Assembly (NCBI GenBank): GCA_040385825.1
Contig: JAZKGQ010000026.1
Location: 3,815 to 67,814, forward strand
Source: Pseudomonadota bacterium
Lineage (GTDB): Bacteria > Pseudomonadota > Alphaproteobacteria > Rhodobacterales > Rhodobacteraceae
Reading direction: 5' to 3'
Length of the DNA stretch: 64,000 nt
The translations under genes were made by a program, and so were the position numbers. This document shows, one piece after another, positions 30,597 to 41,206 of the stretch. The first letter of the stretch is position 1. The number at the start of each line of letters is the position of its first letter. Below the pieces are notes generated by a model. That model saw only the letters and a list, made by a program, of their open reading frames with translations, searched no databases and was not told the DNA's origin.

Positions 30597-31784
30597 ATGG
30601 ATCGGCGATTTTTCCTGAAGGGCCTTGGGGTCATGGGCTGCTCGGCGGCGGCGCATCCGTGGATGACCACGCTGACCCTTGCCCAGGGCGCGCCTGCCTT
30701 GGGTGAAAACCGGCTGGTGGTGATCATCCTGCGCGGGGCGATGGATGGGCTGGACGTGGTGCAACCGCGTGGCGACCGCGATTACGCGGCGCTGCGGCCC
30801 AGCCTGTCGCAGCCCGCGGCGATCGATCTGGACGGCTTCTTTGCGCTGCATCCCGCGCTTGGCGATCTGATGCCGCTGTGGCAGGCGGGCGAGCTGGCCT
30901 TTGCCCATGCCACCTCGACCCCCTACCGCGACAAGCGCAGCCATTTTGACGGGCAGGATCTGCTGGAGGCCGGCACCGGCATGGATGTGGCGCCGGGGGC
31001 GGTGCGCGATGGCTGGCTGAACCGGATGTTGCAGGGGCTGCCGGGGGTGACGGCGGAAACCGCCTATGCCATCGGGCGCGAGGCGGTGCCCTTGCTGGCG
31101 GGGCCCGCCCCGGTGCGCAACTGGACGCCGGAACAGCGGCTGACCCTGTCGGCGCAGGGTCGGCTGCTGCTGGAGCAGGTCTATCACGACGACGCCCTGT
31201 TCCGCGACGCGGCGATGGAAGCCTTCGATCTGACCGAGGCCGGCGCCGCCCGCCCCAAGCGCGAGGCCGCCGAAGTGGCCGGGTTGGCCGATATCGACCG
31301 GCTGGTGGATTTCGCCGCCGTCCGGCTGGTGGCCGATACCCGGATCGCCGCGTTTTCGCTGGCCGGATGGGATACGCACAAGGCGCAGGGGCGCGAGTTG
31401 TCCAGGTCGCTGACCCGCTTGCAGCGGACCATCCTGCGGATGAAGGACCAGCTTGGGCCGGATGTCTGGGGCCGTACCACCGTGATGGCGATGACCGAAT
31501 TTGGGCGTACCGCGCGCGAAAACGGTACGCAGGGTACCGATCATGGCACCGGCGGTGCGATGGTGATGGCGGGCGGCGCGATCCGGGGGGGCAAGGTCTA
31601 TGGCGCGTGGCCGGGGCTGTCGGAAGCCGCCCTCTATGACCGCCGCGACCTGATGCCCACGATGGACGTGCGCGCCTTTGCCGCCCATGCGATGCAGGGT
31701 CTGTATGGCATGGACAGCGGGTTGCTGGAGGCCACCGTGTTTCCCGGCCTGCAAATGGGCAAATCGCCGGGGATATTGCTGTAG
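30597..31784 (+). CDS. DUF1501 family protein with Tat-type signal (sulfatase-like fold)
   Basis: MDRRFFLKGLGVMGCSAAA twin-arginine leader and GTDHGTGG motif. Confidence 0.75.
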   Translation: MDRRFFLKGLGVMGCSAAAHPWMTTLTLAQGAPALGENRLVVIILRGAMDGLDVVQPRGDRDYAALRPSLSQPAAIDLDGFFALHPALGDLMPLWQAGELAFAHATSTPYRDKRSHFDGQDLLEAGTGMDVAPGAVRDGWLNRMLQGLPGVTAETAYAIGREAVPLLAGPAPVRNWTPEQRLTLSAQGRLLLEQVYHDDALFRDAAMEAFDLTEAGAARPKREAAEVAGLADIDRLVDFAAVRLVADTRIAAFSLAGWDTHKAQGRELSRSLTRLQRTILRMKDQLGPDVWGRTTVMAMTEFGRTARENGTQGTDHGTGGAMVMAGGAIRGGKVYGAWPGLSEAALYDRRDLMPTMDVRAFAAHAMQGLYGMDSGLLEATVFPGLQMGKSPGILL

Positions 31785-31786
31785 GG

Positions 31787-32050
31787 TCAGTCCAGCCGGA
31801 ACAGCTTGTCGCGCGATGTGGCCCCGCGCAGCAGAACCAGCCGGGTTTTCGCCACGCCCAGGGCCTGCGCCAGCAGGGCGGTTGCGGCTGCGGTGGCGCG
31901 GCCATCCTCGGCCACCGCAGCGACCGCCACCCGGATCGTGCCATCCGCGATCCTGACCCCGCTCTGGCGCGCGCCGGGGCTGACCCTGACCGCGATCACC
32001 GCCCCCGCCCGTGCCAGATGCGACAGGTTTTGCACGTCCCTTGCCGCCAT
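31787..32050 (-). CDS. DUF167 (YggU-like) protein
   Basis: 87 aa; VRVSPGARQSG...VAEDGRATAAATALLAQALGV...LLRGATSRDK pattern. Confidence 0.7.
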   Translation of the reverse strand: MAARDVQNLSHLARAGAVIAVRVSPGARQSGVRIADGTIRVAVAAVAEDGRATAAATALLAQALGVAKTRLVLLRGATSRDKLFRLD

Positions 32051-32140
32051 CCGGTTGCCGTCCTGTCTGCCGTTGCAAAAGAAGTGCGCAGGGCAGGTCG
32101 CTTGACCTTGGCCGCACCATCCCGCACAGATTGCGCCTCA

Positions 32141-32734
32141 ATGAAGGATGCCGCGATGCCCACCCGCAATCAAGCCGTTGTCGATTTTCTGGCCACCCGC
32201 CGGTCCCGCCCCGCCAAGCAGTTCACCGCTCCGGTGCCGGACCGCGCACAACTGACCGAGATTCTGACCCTTGCCACCCGTGTTCCCGACCATGGCAAGC
32301 TGGAACCCTGGCGGCTGCTGGTGCTGGAAAAGCCAGCCTTGCAGCGGCTTGCCGATCTGGCCGAGGCGCGGGCGATGGAGCTGGGCGGCGACGCCGAAAA
32401 GATCGCCAAGGGGCGCGGGCAGTTCGATCTGGGCCAGTTGGCGGTGGTGGTGATCGCCAGCCCCAGGCCGCACCCCAAGGTGCCGCACAGCGAGCAGGCC
32501 CATTCCGCCGCCGCCCTGTGCATGGCGCTGGTGACTGCCGCCGAGGCGACGGGCTGGGGGGCCTGCTGGCTGACCGGGTGGACCGCGCATGACGCGACTT
32601 TCGCCGCCCGCGCCTTTGGCTGTGCGGTCGATGAAACCGTGGCAGGCATCGTGCATATCGCAACGCCGGGGTCTGACGGCGTGGACCGACCGCGCCCCGA
32701 CCTTGGCCGCCTTGTCACCTGGGTCGGCGCATGA
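32141..32734 (+). CDS. nitroreductase family protein
   Basis: FLATRRSRPAKQF, PDHGKLEPWRL, and a C-terminal CWLTGW segment. Start at MKDAAM. Confidence 0.8.
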   Translation: MKDAAMPTRNQAVVDFLATRRSRPAKQFTAPVPDRAQLTEILTLATRVPDHGKLEPWRLLVLEKPALQRLADLAEARAMELGGDAEKIAKGRGQFDLGQLAVVVIASPRPHPKVPHSEQAHSAAALCMALVTAAEATGWGACWLTGWTAHDATFAARAFGCAVDETVAGIVHIATPGSDGVDRPRPDLGRLVTWVGA

Positions 32735-33423
32735 TCCTGCGGGCGTTTCTTGCGGCGCTTGGCCAGCTTGGCGACCCCCGGTTCCGCCGGGTGCTGTGGG
32801 TGGGGGTCGGTCTGGCGCTGGCGCTGCTGATCGGGGTCTATGCGGTGTTCTTGTGGGTTATCCAATCCTTCGCCCCCGACACGCTGGAGATTCCCTTCGT
32901 CGGCCCGGTGGGCGGGCTGGACACGCTGCTCAGCATCGGGTCGGCGCTGTTGATGGTAGGGCTGTCGGTGGTCCTGATGGTGCCGGTGGCCTCGGCCTTC
33001 ACCGGCATCTTTCTGGAGGATGTGGTGCAGGCGGTCGAGGACCGCCACTACCCCGACCTGCCCGCCGTCCAGCGCCCGCCGTTGCTGGATACGGTGATCG
33101 AGACGGCAAACTTCATGGGGCTGCTGCTGGCGGTCAATGTGGTGGCGCTGTTCATCTATCCCTTCGCCGGGATCGCGGCGCCACTGGTGTTCTGGGCGGT
33201 CAACGGGCTGTTGCTGGGGCGCGAGTATTTCACGCTGGTCGCCAGCCGCCGCATCGGCAGGCAGGCGGCACGAGATCTGCGCCGTGCCAACCGGGGCAGG
33301 GTCTGGCTGGCAGGGGCGCTGATGGCGGCCCCGCTGTCGATTCCCTTCGTCAACCTGTTCGTGCCGGTTCTGGGGGCTGCGACCTTTGCCCATCTGTTCC
33401 ACCGGCTGTATCCGGCGCGCTGA
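32731..33423 (+). CDS. EI24/CysZ-like membrane protein
   Basis: 230 aa, 4-5 TM segments. N-terminus FLAALGQLGDPRFRRVLW typical of the CysZ/EI24 family. ATGA overlap with the upstream gene. Confidence 0.7.
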   Translation: MILRAFLAALGQLGDPRFRRVLWVGVGLALALLIGVYAVFLWVIQSFAPDTLEIPFVGPVGGLDTLLSIGSALLMVGLSVVLMVPVASAFTGIFLEDVVQAVEDRHYPDLPAVQRPPLLDTVIETANFMGLLLAVNVVALFIYPFAGIAAPLVFWAVNGLLLGREYFTLVASRRIGRQAARDLRRANRGRVWLAGALMAAPLSIPFVNLFVPVLGAATFAHLFHRLYPAR

Positions 33424-33711
33424 TCAGGGCGCGGCAGGGGCCTCGGGCGCCATCCGGTCGAAGTAATCCAGATCGCGGATGGTGATGGTGCCGGACAGGA
33501 TCACCCCCGCCACGATCAGCCACAGCACCGCAGTTACCGCCGTGGTGATCCTGGCCTTGCGGCCCACCACATCGCCCGCCGGGGCGGATCGCGGTGTTCC
33601 CGGCACCACGCTGCCCGCATCCTGCTGCGAGACAAAGCGCAAGGGCAGCACGATGAAGAACACCATGAACCAGATCACGGAAAACAGCACGATGGCGGCG
33701 GTGATGGTCAT
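33424..33711 (-). CDS. DUF1467 small membrane protein
   Basis: 95 aa with two TM segments. 4-nt overlap downstream of the epimerase gene. Confidence 0.7.
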   Translation of the reverse strand: MTITAAIVLFSVIWFMVFFIVLPLRFVSQQDAGSVVPGTPRSAPAGDVVGRKARITTAVTAVLWLIVAGVILSGTITIRDLDYFDRMAPEAPAAP

Positions 33712-34112
33712 ACCTGCTCCAGTTCTACCAGACAGCCGTTGAAATCCTTGGGGTGCAGAAACAGCACCGGCTTGCCATGCGCGCCGATCTTTGGCGCACC
33801 GCTGCCCAGAACGCGCGCGCCACTGGCGGCCAGATGGTCGCGCGCGGCAAGGATGTCCTCCACCTCATAGCAGATGTGATGGATGCCGCCGCCCGGATTT
33901 TTCTGCAAGAAGCCGGAGATGGGCGAGGCATCGCCAAGCGGGGTCAGCAACTCGATCTTAGTGTTGGGCAGGGTGATGAACACCACCGTCACCCCATGGT
34001 CGGGTTCATCCTGCGGCGGGCCGACTTCGGCCCCAAGCGTGCCCTTGTACTGGGCAACGGCCGCAGCCAGATCCGGCACGGCAATGGCGACATGGTTCAG
34101 GCGGCCGATCAT
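33708..34112 (-). CDS. mce: methylmalonyl-CoA epimerase (VOC family)
   Basis: MIGRLNHVAIAVPDL, IELLTPLG, GGGIHHICYEV and KPVLFLHPKDF motifs. Start trimmed to MIGRLNH. Confidence 0.85.
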   Translation of the reverse strand: MIGRLNHVAIAVPDLAAAVAQYKGTLGAEVGPPQDEPDHGVTVVFITLPNTKIELLTPLGDASPISGFLQKNPGGGIHHICYEVEDILAARDHLAASGARVLGSGAPKIGAHGKPVLFLHPKDFNGCLVELEQV

Positions 34113-34286
34113 GGCAGTATCCTTTGCAACTCTGCGGCTGGTTATGCCGCCGCGCACCGCCTGCCGCAAGAGGCCGATCCGCCGCAGGCACCCTGCAGCC
34201 CGCCCGCGTTTACCCGCTGTTTACCGCAAGAGTGCAGTCTGGGCAGGCGCGGTGCCGTCGCGCGATTCCCGTCACCGGAGGTGCCG

Positions 34287-34988
34287 ATGCCCGATGTGTT
34301 CGACCTGCCCCCCAGTTTGCTGTCACCCCCTGCGCAGCCCTTGCAGGGCCTGACCCTGCTGGGTGTCGAAGACAGCCGTTTTGCCAGCGATGCCCTGCGG
34401 CTGATGTGTCAGCGGTCTGGCGCGCGGCTGCGCCGTGCCGACAGCCTGCTGGCCGCGCAGGCGCATCTGCGGGTCTACCGCCCCGACGTGATCCTGATTG
34501 ACCTTGGCCTGCCTGATGGGCGGGGCGAAGGCTTGATCCGGCAACTGGCGCTTGCGGGGCCGGTTGTCCAGCGGCCAGTCATTCTGGGGATGAGCGGGGA
34601 TCCTGCCGGGCGCGACAGCGCGCTTGCCGCCGGGGCGGCCGGGTTTCTGGACAAGCCGCTGGCCAGCCTTGCCCGCTTTCAGGCCAGCATTCTGGCCCAT
34701 CTGCCCGACAGGTTCCTGCATCAGCCGGGGCCGGATGGCAGCGTCTCGCCAGACCCCATGGCGCTGCGCGATGATCTGGCCCGTGCGGCGCGGCTGGTGG
34801 CCAGCCTGCAAGCCACCCAGCCCGACGCGCCGCAGCGCCGCTATCTGGCGGGGTTTCTGTCGGGCCTTGCCCGATCCGCCCAGGACAGCGATCTGGCCGA
34901 GGCCGCCCTGCACACCACCGACGGGGCGGGGCTGGCCCGGCTTGCGGGCCTGCTGCGCCACCGCATCGCGGCGGGGGCGGCGTTATAG
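34287..34988 (+). CDS. orphan response-regulator receiver protein with uncharacterised helical C-terminal domain
   Basis: REC signatures: LLGVEDS, VILIDLGLPDGRG (phospho-Asp), ILGMSGD, FLDKPL. About 100 aa of C-terminus with no motif I recognise. Confidence 0.65.
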   Translation: MPDVFDLPPSLLSPPAQPLQGLTLLGVEDSRFASDALRLMCQRSGARLRRADSLLAAQAHLRVYRPDVILIDLGLPDGRGEGLIRQLALAGPVVQRPVILGMSGDPAGRDSALAAGAAGFLDKPLASLARFQASILAHLPDRFLHQPGPDGSVSPDPMALRDDLARAARLVASLQATQPDAPQRRYLAGFLSGLARSAQDSDLAEAALHTTDGAGLARLAGLLRHRIAAGAAL

Positions 34989-35708
34989 GGCGGGGTCCGC
35001 CCCGGCGCGCACCAGTTGCGTCAGGTCGGACAGCCGTTCGCGCTGCCGCCCGGCGCTGTCGAAATTGGCAGGCAACAGCCAGGCGTTGAACGCCTCGCGC
35101 AGGGCGGGCCATTCGCTGTCGACAACGGAAAACCACGCGGTGTCACGGTTGCGGCCCTTGATCACCATGTGATTGCGAAAGACACCCTCGAAGGAAAAGC
35201 CGAACCGCTGCGCCGCCCGGCGTGACGGCATGTTCAGCGCGTTGCATTTCCATTCATAGCGCCGGTAGCCCGCGGCAAAGGCCCAGTCCATCATCAGGAA
35301 CATTGCCTCGGTGACAGCCACCCCGCGCTGCATTTCGGGAGCGATGCAGATGTTGCCCACCTCGATCGTGCCGTGATCGGGGGTGATGCGCAGATAGGAC
35401 GCAACGCCTGCGGCCTGCCCGGTCTGCACATCGCGCAGCGCATAGAAAAACGGGTCCGACCGCGTTGTCACGTCCTTGACCCAGCGGTGATAGGCGCTGG
35501 ACGACAGGAAAGGGCCGTAAGGCATGTAATCCCACAGCGCATCATGCCCGGAAAAGGCGCGGTGCAGTTCCGCCGCATGGGCCGCCGCATCCAGCACCTC
35601 CAGCCGCACATGACGGCCTGCCATCTCTGCTGGTCCCGGTGCCGCCGGCAGCGCCCAGCCCTTGACCTCATCCCCCACCATCCGCGGCTCCACTGGCATC
35701 TCCTTCAC
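34983..35708 (-). CDS. GNAT family N-acetyltransferase (RimJ/RimL-like)
   Basis: GTIEVGNICIAPEMQRGVAVTEAMFLMMDWAF...YRRYEWKCNALNMPSRRAAQRFGFSFEG. Confidence 0.8.
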   Translation of the reverse strand: MKEMPVEPRMVGDEVKGWALPAAPGPAEMAGRHVRLEVLDAAAHAAELHRAFSGHDALWDYMPYGPFLSSSAYHRWVKDVTTRSDPFFYALRDVQTGQAAGVASYLRITPDHGTIEVGNICIAPEMQRGVAVTEAMFLMMDWAFAAGYRRYEWKCNALNMPSRRAAQRFGFSFEGVFRNHMVIKGRNRDTAWFSVVDSEWPALREAFNAWLLPANFDSAGRQRERLSDLTQLVRAGADPAL

Positions 35709-35758
35709 CTGGTTGCCTTGTCTTAGCGCGCGCCGGACGGGTCTGGCAATGACCCGGC

Positions 35759-36001
35759 TCAGCCTGCGGATTTCTCGATCCGGTAGCTGCCTTCGGGCAG
35801 GTTCAGCGCCGCTGCAAGGTCGCGCACCTGGGCCAGCGACAGGGTCAGGCGCAGGATTTCATCGGTGCGCGGGTCGAACTGTTCCAGCGTCACGCAGTCT
35901 TCAAAGGCCGCGACGATCACATCCTCCTGCAAGGGCAGATCACCGCCTTCATCCACCAGGGTTATCAGGGTGGCGTCAAAATCGTGCTCGATGGTGAACA
36001 T
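35759..36001 (-). CDS. small acidic hypothetical protein (80 aa)
   Basis: ORF from MFTIEHDFDATLITLVDEGG with coding-like composition. No family recognised. Confidence 0.45.
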   Translation of the reverse strand: MFTIEHDFDATLITLVDEGGDLPLQEDVIVAAFEDCVTLEQFDPRTDEILRLTLSLAQVRDLAAALNLPEGSYRIEKSAG

Positions 36002-36076
36002 GGGACAGGGCTTTCCGGTTGCTGTGTGGCCCAGCCTAGCCGCAAAGCCATGCAATGATCCAGCCTCGGGGGGGAT

Positions 36077-36112
36077 GCACGGGCCATCCGCACGGGCCAC
36101 ATGCACGGGTCT
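36077..36112. repeat. three direct repeats of GCACGGG(C/T)C with 13-nt period
   Basis: gcacgggcca at 36077 and 36090, gcacgggtct at 36103. In the divergent region between the small acidic ORF and the M48 peptidase gene. Confidence 0.75.
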
Positions 36113-36195
36113 GTGAAGCGGGTCGGTTGATCAAGGGCTGTCAGGCGATGCTGTCTCTGCTATTTGCAGCAGCGATGCGGGCCGGAGACGTGGAT

Positions 36196-36924
36196 ATGCG
36201 GGCAATGAAAATCGGGCCGATGCTGCTTGGGCCAATTCTGCTGGCCGGATGCATGACCCTGGCCCCGCCGCCCGTTCTGCAGCCTGCCCCCGATGGGCTG
36301 ATCCCGCCCAACGGGGGCCAAACCCCGCGCGGGGCGGCGCAAACCTTTGTCGGCGTGGTCGGGGCGGTAGAGCCGGTGGCCGAAACCATGTGCCGCCAGC
36401 TGTCGTCCGGGCAAAGCTGCAATCTGCAGATCGTCGTCGATGACCGCCCGGACCAGCCGCCGAACGCGTTTCAGACGGTGGACAGGTTGGGCCGGCCGAT
36501 CGTGGGCTTCACGCTGGCGCTGATCGCCGATGCGCAGAACGCCGACGAGATTGCCTTTGTGATGGGCCACGAGGCCGCGCATCACATTCTGGGGCATATC
36601 CCCAAGCGCGAACAATCCGCGCTGAATTCCGCGATTCTGGCAGGGGTGCTGGCGCAGGCGGGGGGGGCCACGCCCGAAACCATCCGTGCGGCGCAGGATC
36701 TGGGGGCCGAGATCGGTTCGCGGACCTATTCCAAGGATTTTGAACTGGAGGCCGATGGTCTGGGCGCCGAGATTGCCCTGATCGCGGGCTTTGATCCGGT
36801 GCGCGGTGCGCAGTTCTTCAGCCGCCTTCCCGATCCGGGCGACCAGTTTCTGGGCAGCCATCCGCGCAATTCCGAACGCCAGGCGATGGTGCGCGAAACG
36901 GTCGCCCGCCTGACCGGCAGCTGA
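36196..36924 (+). CDS. M48-family zinc metallopeptidase lipoprotein
   Basis: Lipobox LLAGC and HEAAHHILGH (HExxH). Start among the Met cluster MRAMKIG is uncertain by a few codons. Confidence 0.75.
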   Translation: MRAMKIGPMLLGPILLAGCMTLAPPPVLQPAPDGLIPPNGGQTPRGAAQTFVGVVGAVEPVAETMCRQLSSGQSCNLQIVVDDRPDQPPNAFQTVDRLGRPIVGFTLALIADAQNADEIAFVMGHEAAHHILGHIPKREQSALNSAILAGVLAQAGGATPETIRAAQDLGAEIGSRTYSKDFELEADGLGAEIALIAGFDPVRGAQFFSRLPDPGDQFLGSHPRNSERQAMVRETVARLTGS

Positions 36925-38643
<1,719 letters not shown>

Positions 38644-38724
38644 GGGGTGCCCCTGTCTGCCTGTGTGCGCGCATGACTTACCCAAACTGCGGGCGCGGTG
38701 CCAGAGGGGATGAAACGCTGGCGC

Positions 38725-39288
38725 CTACCCGCGTCGGGCGATGCGGGCGGTGATCACGATGCGGACCTGATCGTTCACCAGATCGGCAAAGCCGGTCGCG
38801 CCATAATCGCTGCGGTTGACCAGACCCGTCAGCCGCACGGTCAGATGGCCAAGATCGCCCGCGTCAGACCCCGCCTGCCGGAAAATCTCGGCCTTCAGCA
38901 CGATGGGCCGCGTCACGCCGCGGATGGTCAGGTCCCCCGCCACTGTGGCGCTACGGCCGGTGGCGCGAACGGATGTGCTGTGAAAGATCATCCTCGGATA
39001 GGCGCCCGCATCCAGCACGGTCGGCCCCTTCAACGCCTGCACCGCAAGCGGAAAGTTCGCCTGAGCCCCCGACACGTCCAGTTCGACATCTATCTGCGAA
39101 TTGGCCACCCGGTCGAAATCAAGCGTCAGATCGGCCCGCGCCACCGGCATCCGGCCCGTGATGACCCCGGCACCGAAACCCGTCTCGAAGGCCACCACCG
39201 ATTTGTCGGCCTCCAACGCATAGTCCACCGGCAGCGCCGCCGCAGGGGTGGCGACTGCGACCAGCAGGCACAGGATCAGGCGACGCAT
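38725..39288 (-). CDS. YceI-family periplasmic protein
   Basis: Signal peptide MRRLILCLLVAVATPAAA; FHSTSV...GDLTIRGVTRPI pattern typical of YceI. Confidence 0.8.
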   Translation of the reverse strand: MRRLILCLLVAVATPAAALPVDYALEADKSVVAFETGFGAGVITGRMPVARADLTLDFDRVANSQIDVELDVSGAQANFPLAVQALKGPTVLDAGAYPRMIFHSTSVRATGRSATVAGDLTIRGVTRPIVLKAEIFRQAGSDAGDLGHLTVRLTGLVNRSDYGATGFADLVNDQVRIVITARIARRG

Positions 39289-39391
39289 GGCATTTTCCTT
39301 CCGACCGGGCGACATGCGCCCACCATGCGCCCAATTCCCGCCAACTTGACTAAAATTTGCATCCTCTGTGCACAAATATCCCACAGGGGGA

Positions 39392-39418
39392 GCCGCATTT
39401 GCCAAAGGCAAATGCGGC
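39392..39418. promoter_or_regulatory. perfect 27-bp palindrome GCCGCATTTGCC-AAA-GGCAAATGCGGC
   Basis: 12+3+12 inverted repeat in the divergent yceI/aldo-keto-reductase region. Core is TTTGC-N5-GCAAA. Followed by a second hairpin GGGGGAC-gtgaa-GTCCCCC (39421-39439). Confidence 0.55.
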
Positions 39419-39543
39419 GTGGGGGACGTGAAGTCCCCCGTCCACGCTTCAGGCATCACCCCCCCCCTTCATCAAGGGGCATGTCGTCCTTGCCCCCGCC
39501 GCGCTTCGCGCTACCCTGCGCACGACGAAACCGGAGAGACGAA

Positions 39544-40584
39544 ATGAAGATGATCCCGCTTGGCAGCACCGGGCTTGTGGTGTCGGAACTGTGCCTTGGC
39601 ACCATGACCTGGGGCAGCCACAACACCGCGACCGAAGGCCACGCGCAGGCCGACATGGCGGTGGACCGGGGGGTCACCTTCTGGGATACCGCCGAGATGT
39701 ATCCGACCAATCCGGTGCGGGCTGAAACCATCGGCGACACCGAAACCATCATCGGCAGCTGGCTTGCCGCGCGGGGCGGGCGGGACCGGCTGGTGCTGGC
39801 GACCAAGATCACCGGCAAGGGCCAGATGCTGCGGCCGGGTCAGCCGATCACCGGGGCCACGCTGCGGGCGGGGGTGGAAGACAGCCTGCGCCGGATGCAG
39901 ACCCACTACATCGATCTGTACCAGTTGCACTGGCCGAACCGGGGCAGCTATCACTTTCGCCAGTCCTGGACCTATGCCCCCACGGGCATCGACCGGGCGG
40001 CTGAAACTGCGCATATGACCGATGTGCTGACCACGGCGCAGGCCTTGGTGGCCGAGGGCAAGATCCGCGCCGTCGGCCTGTCGAACGAATCCGTCTGGGG
40101 CGCGGCGCGGTGGCTGCATCTGGCCGACAGTCTGGGTCTGCCGCGCATGGCAAGCGTGCAGAACGAATATTCGCTGCTGTGCCGCCAGTTCGACACCGAC
40201 TGGGCCGAGTTCAGCCTGGCCGAAGACATGCCGCTGCTGGCGTTTTCGCCTTTGGCGGTCGGCTTGCTGTCGGGCAAGTACGCGGGCGATGTGACGCCCG
40301 AGAATACGCGCCGGATGCACACGCCCGACCTTGGCGGCCGGATCACCGCGGGGGTGTTTCCGGCCGTTGCCGCCTATCTGGGCATCGCCGCGCGGCACGG
40401 GCTGGACCCGTGCCAGATGGCGATTGCCTTTTGCCGCAGCCGGCCGTTCGTGACCATCCCGATCATCGGGGCCACCACCTTGGCGCAGCTGGGCACCAAC
40501 ATCGGGGCGGTGGGGCTGGTGCTGTCTGCCGAGGTGCTGGCCGAGATCGCGCTGGCCCACCGGGCGCATCCGGCCCCCTATTGA
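39544..40584 (+). CDS. NADP-dependent aldo/keto reductase (Tas-like)
   Basis: LGSTGLVVSELCLGTMTWG, FWDTAEMYP, YIDLYQLHWP, GLSNE. 346 aa. Confidence 0.85.
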   Translation: MKMIPLGSTGLVVSELCLGTMTWGSHNTATEGHAQADMAVDRGVTFWDTAEMYPTNPVRAETIGDTETIIGSWLAARGGRDRLVLATKITGKGQMLRPGQPITGATLRAGVEDSLRRMQTHYIDLYQLHWPNRGSYHFRQSWTYAPTGIDRAAETAHMTDVLTTAQALVAEGKIRAVGLSNESVWGAARWLHLADSLGLPRMASVQNEYSLLCRQFDTDWAEFSLAEDMPLLAFSPLAVGLLSGKYAGDVTPENTRRMHTPDLGGRITAGVFPAVAAYLGIAARHGLDPCQMAIAFCRSRPFVTIPIIGATTLAQLGTNIGAVGLVLSAEVLAEIALAHRAHPAPY

Positions 40585-40639
40585 GGGCTTGCGCAATCGC
40601 CAAGGCTGGGGCCAAGTGCAGCCCAGATGGAGGACTGCA

Positions 40640-41206
40640 ATGCGCCACCTTGTGATGATTGCTGTGGTGGGGGTACTGGCCGCCTGCCAGATGGGTGGAG
40701 ATTCGGGAAAGGCCACGCCTGCCCCCAATGCGCTGACGGGTGGCGAGATCGAGGTGACGGCGCTGGACGGCGGCGCAAAGCCGGTGCCGCCGACAAAACC
40801 GGTGCCACGGTCAAAACCTGTGCCGGGCGTCGAGGCCGCCAAGCCCGAGATTGTCAAACCTGTGCCTGTCGGACCCGAGGCGGTCGAACCCGTCGCGTCC
40901 AAGCCTGATGCGCCCCGGTCCGGTCCTGCTGCGCCCGCCCCCGACCCCGCCCCGCCTCCCAAACCCAAATCGGCGCAGCAGATGGCGTGTGAAAAGAAGG
41001 GCGGCAACTGGGGGCTGGCGGGCAAGTCCGGGGCCAGCACCTGCATCACCCCAACGGGCGAAGGCACCAAGCAATGCCGCCGCCAGACTGATTGCACCGG
41101 CAGTTGTCTGGCCCGGTCGGGCACCTGCGCGCCCTATGCGCCGCTGTTTGGCTGCAATGAAATTCTTCAGGCTGATGGCAGCCGGGTGACCCTGTGCATC
41201 GACTGA
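40640..41206 (+). CDS. lipoprotein with KPVP-type proline-rich repeats and Cys-rich C-terminal domain
   Basis: Lipobox VLAAC, repeats KPVPPTKPVPRSKPVPG...KPVPVGP, and eight Cys in the last 80 aa. GGAGGA Shine-Dalgarno upstream. Confidence 0.6.
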   Translation: MRHLVMIAVVGVLAACQMGGDSGKATPAPNALTGGEIEVTALDGGAKPVPPTKPVPRSKPVPGVEAAKPEIVKPVPVGPEAVEPVASKPDAPRSGPAAPAPDPAPPPKPKSAQQMACEKKGGNWGLAGKSGASTCITPTGEGTKQCRRQTDCTGSCLARSGTCAPYAPLFGCNEILQADGSRVTLCID

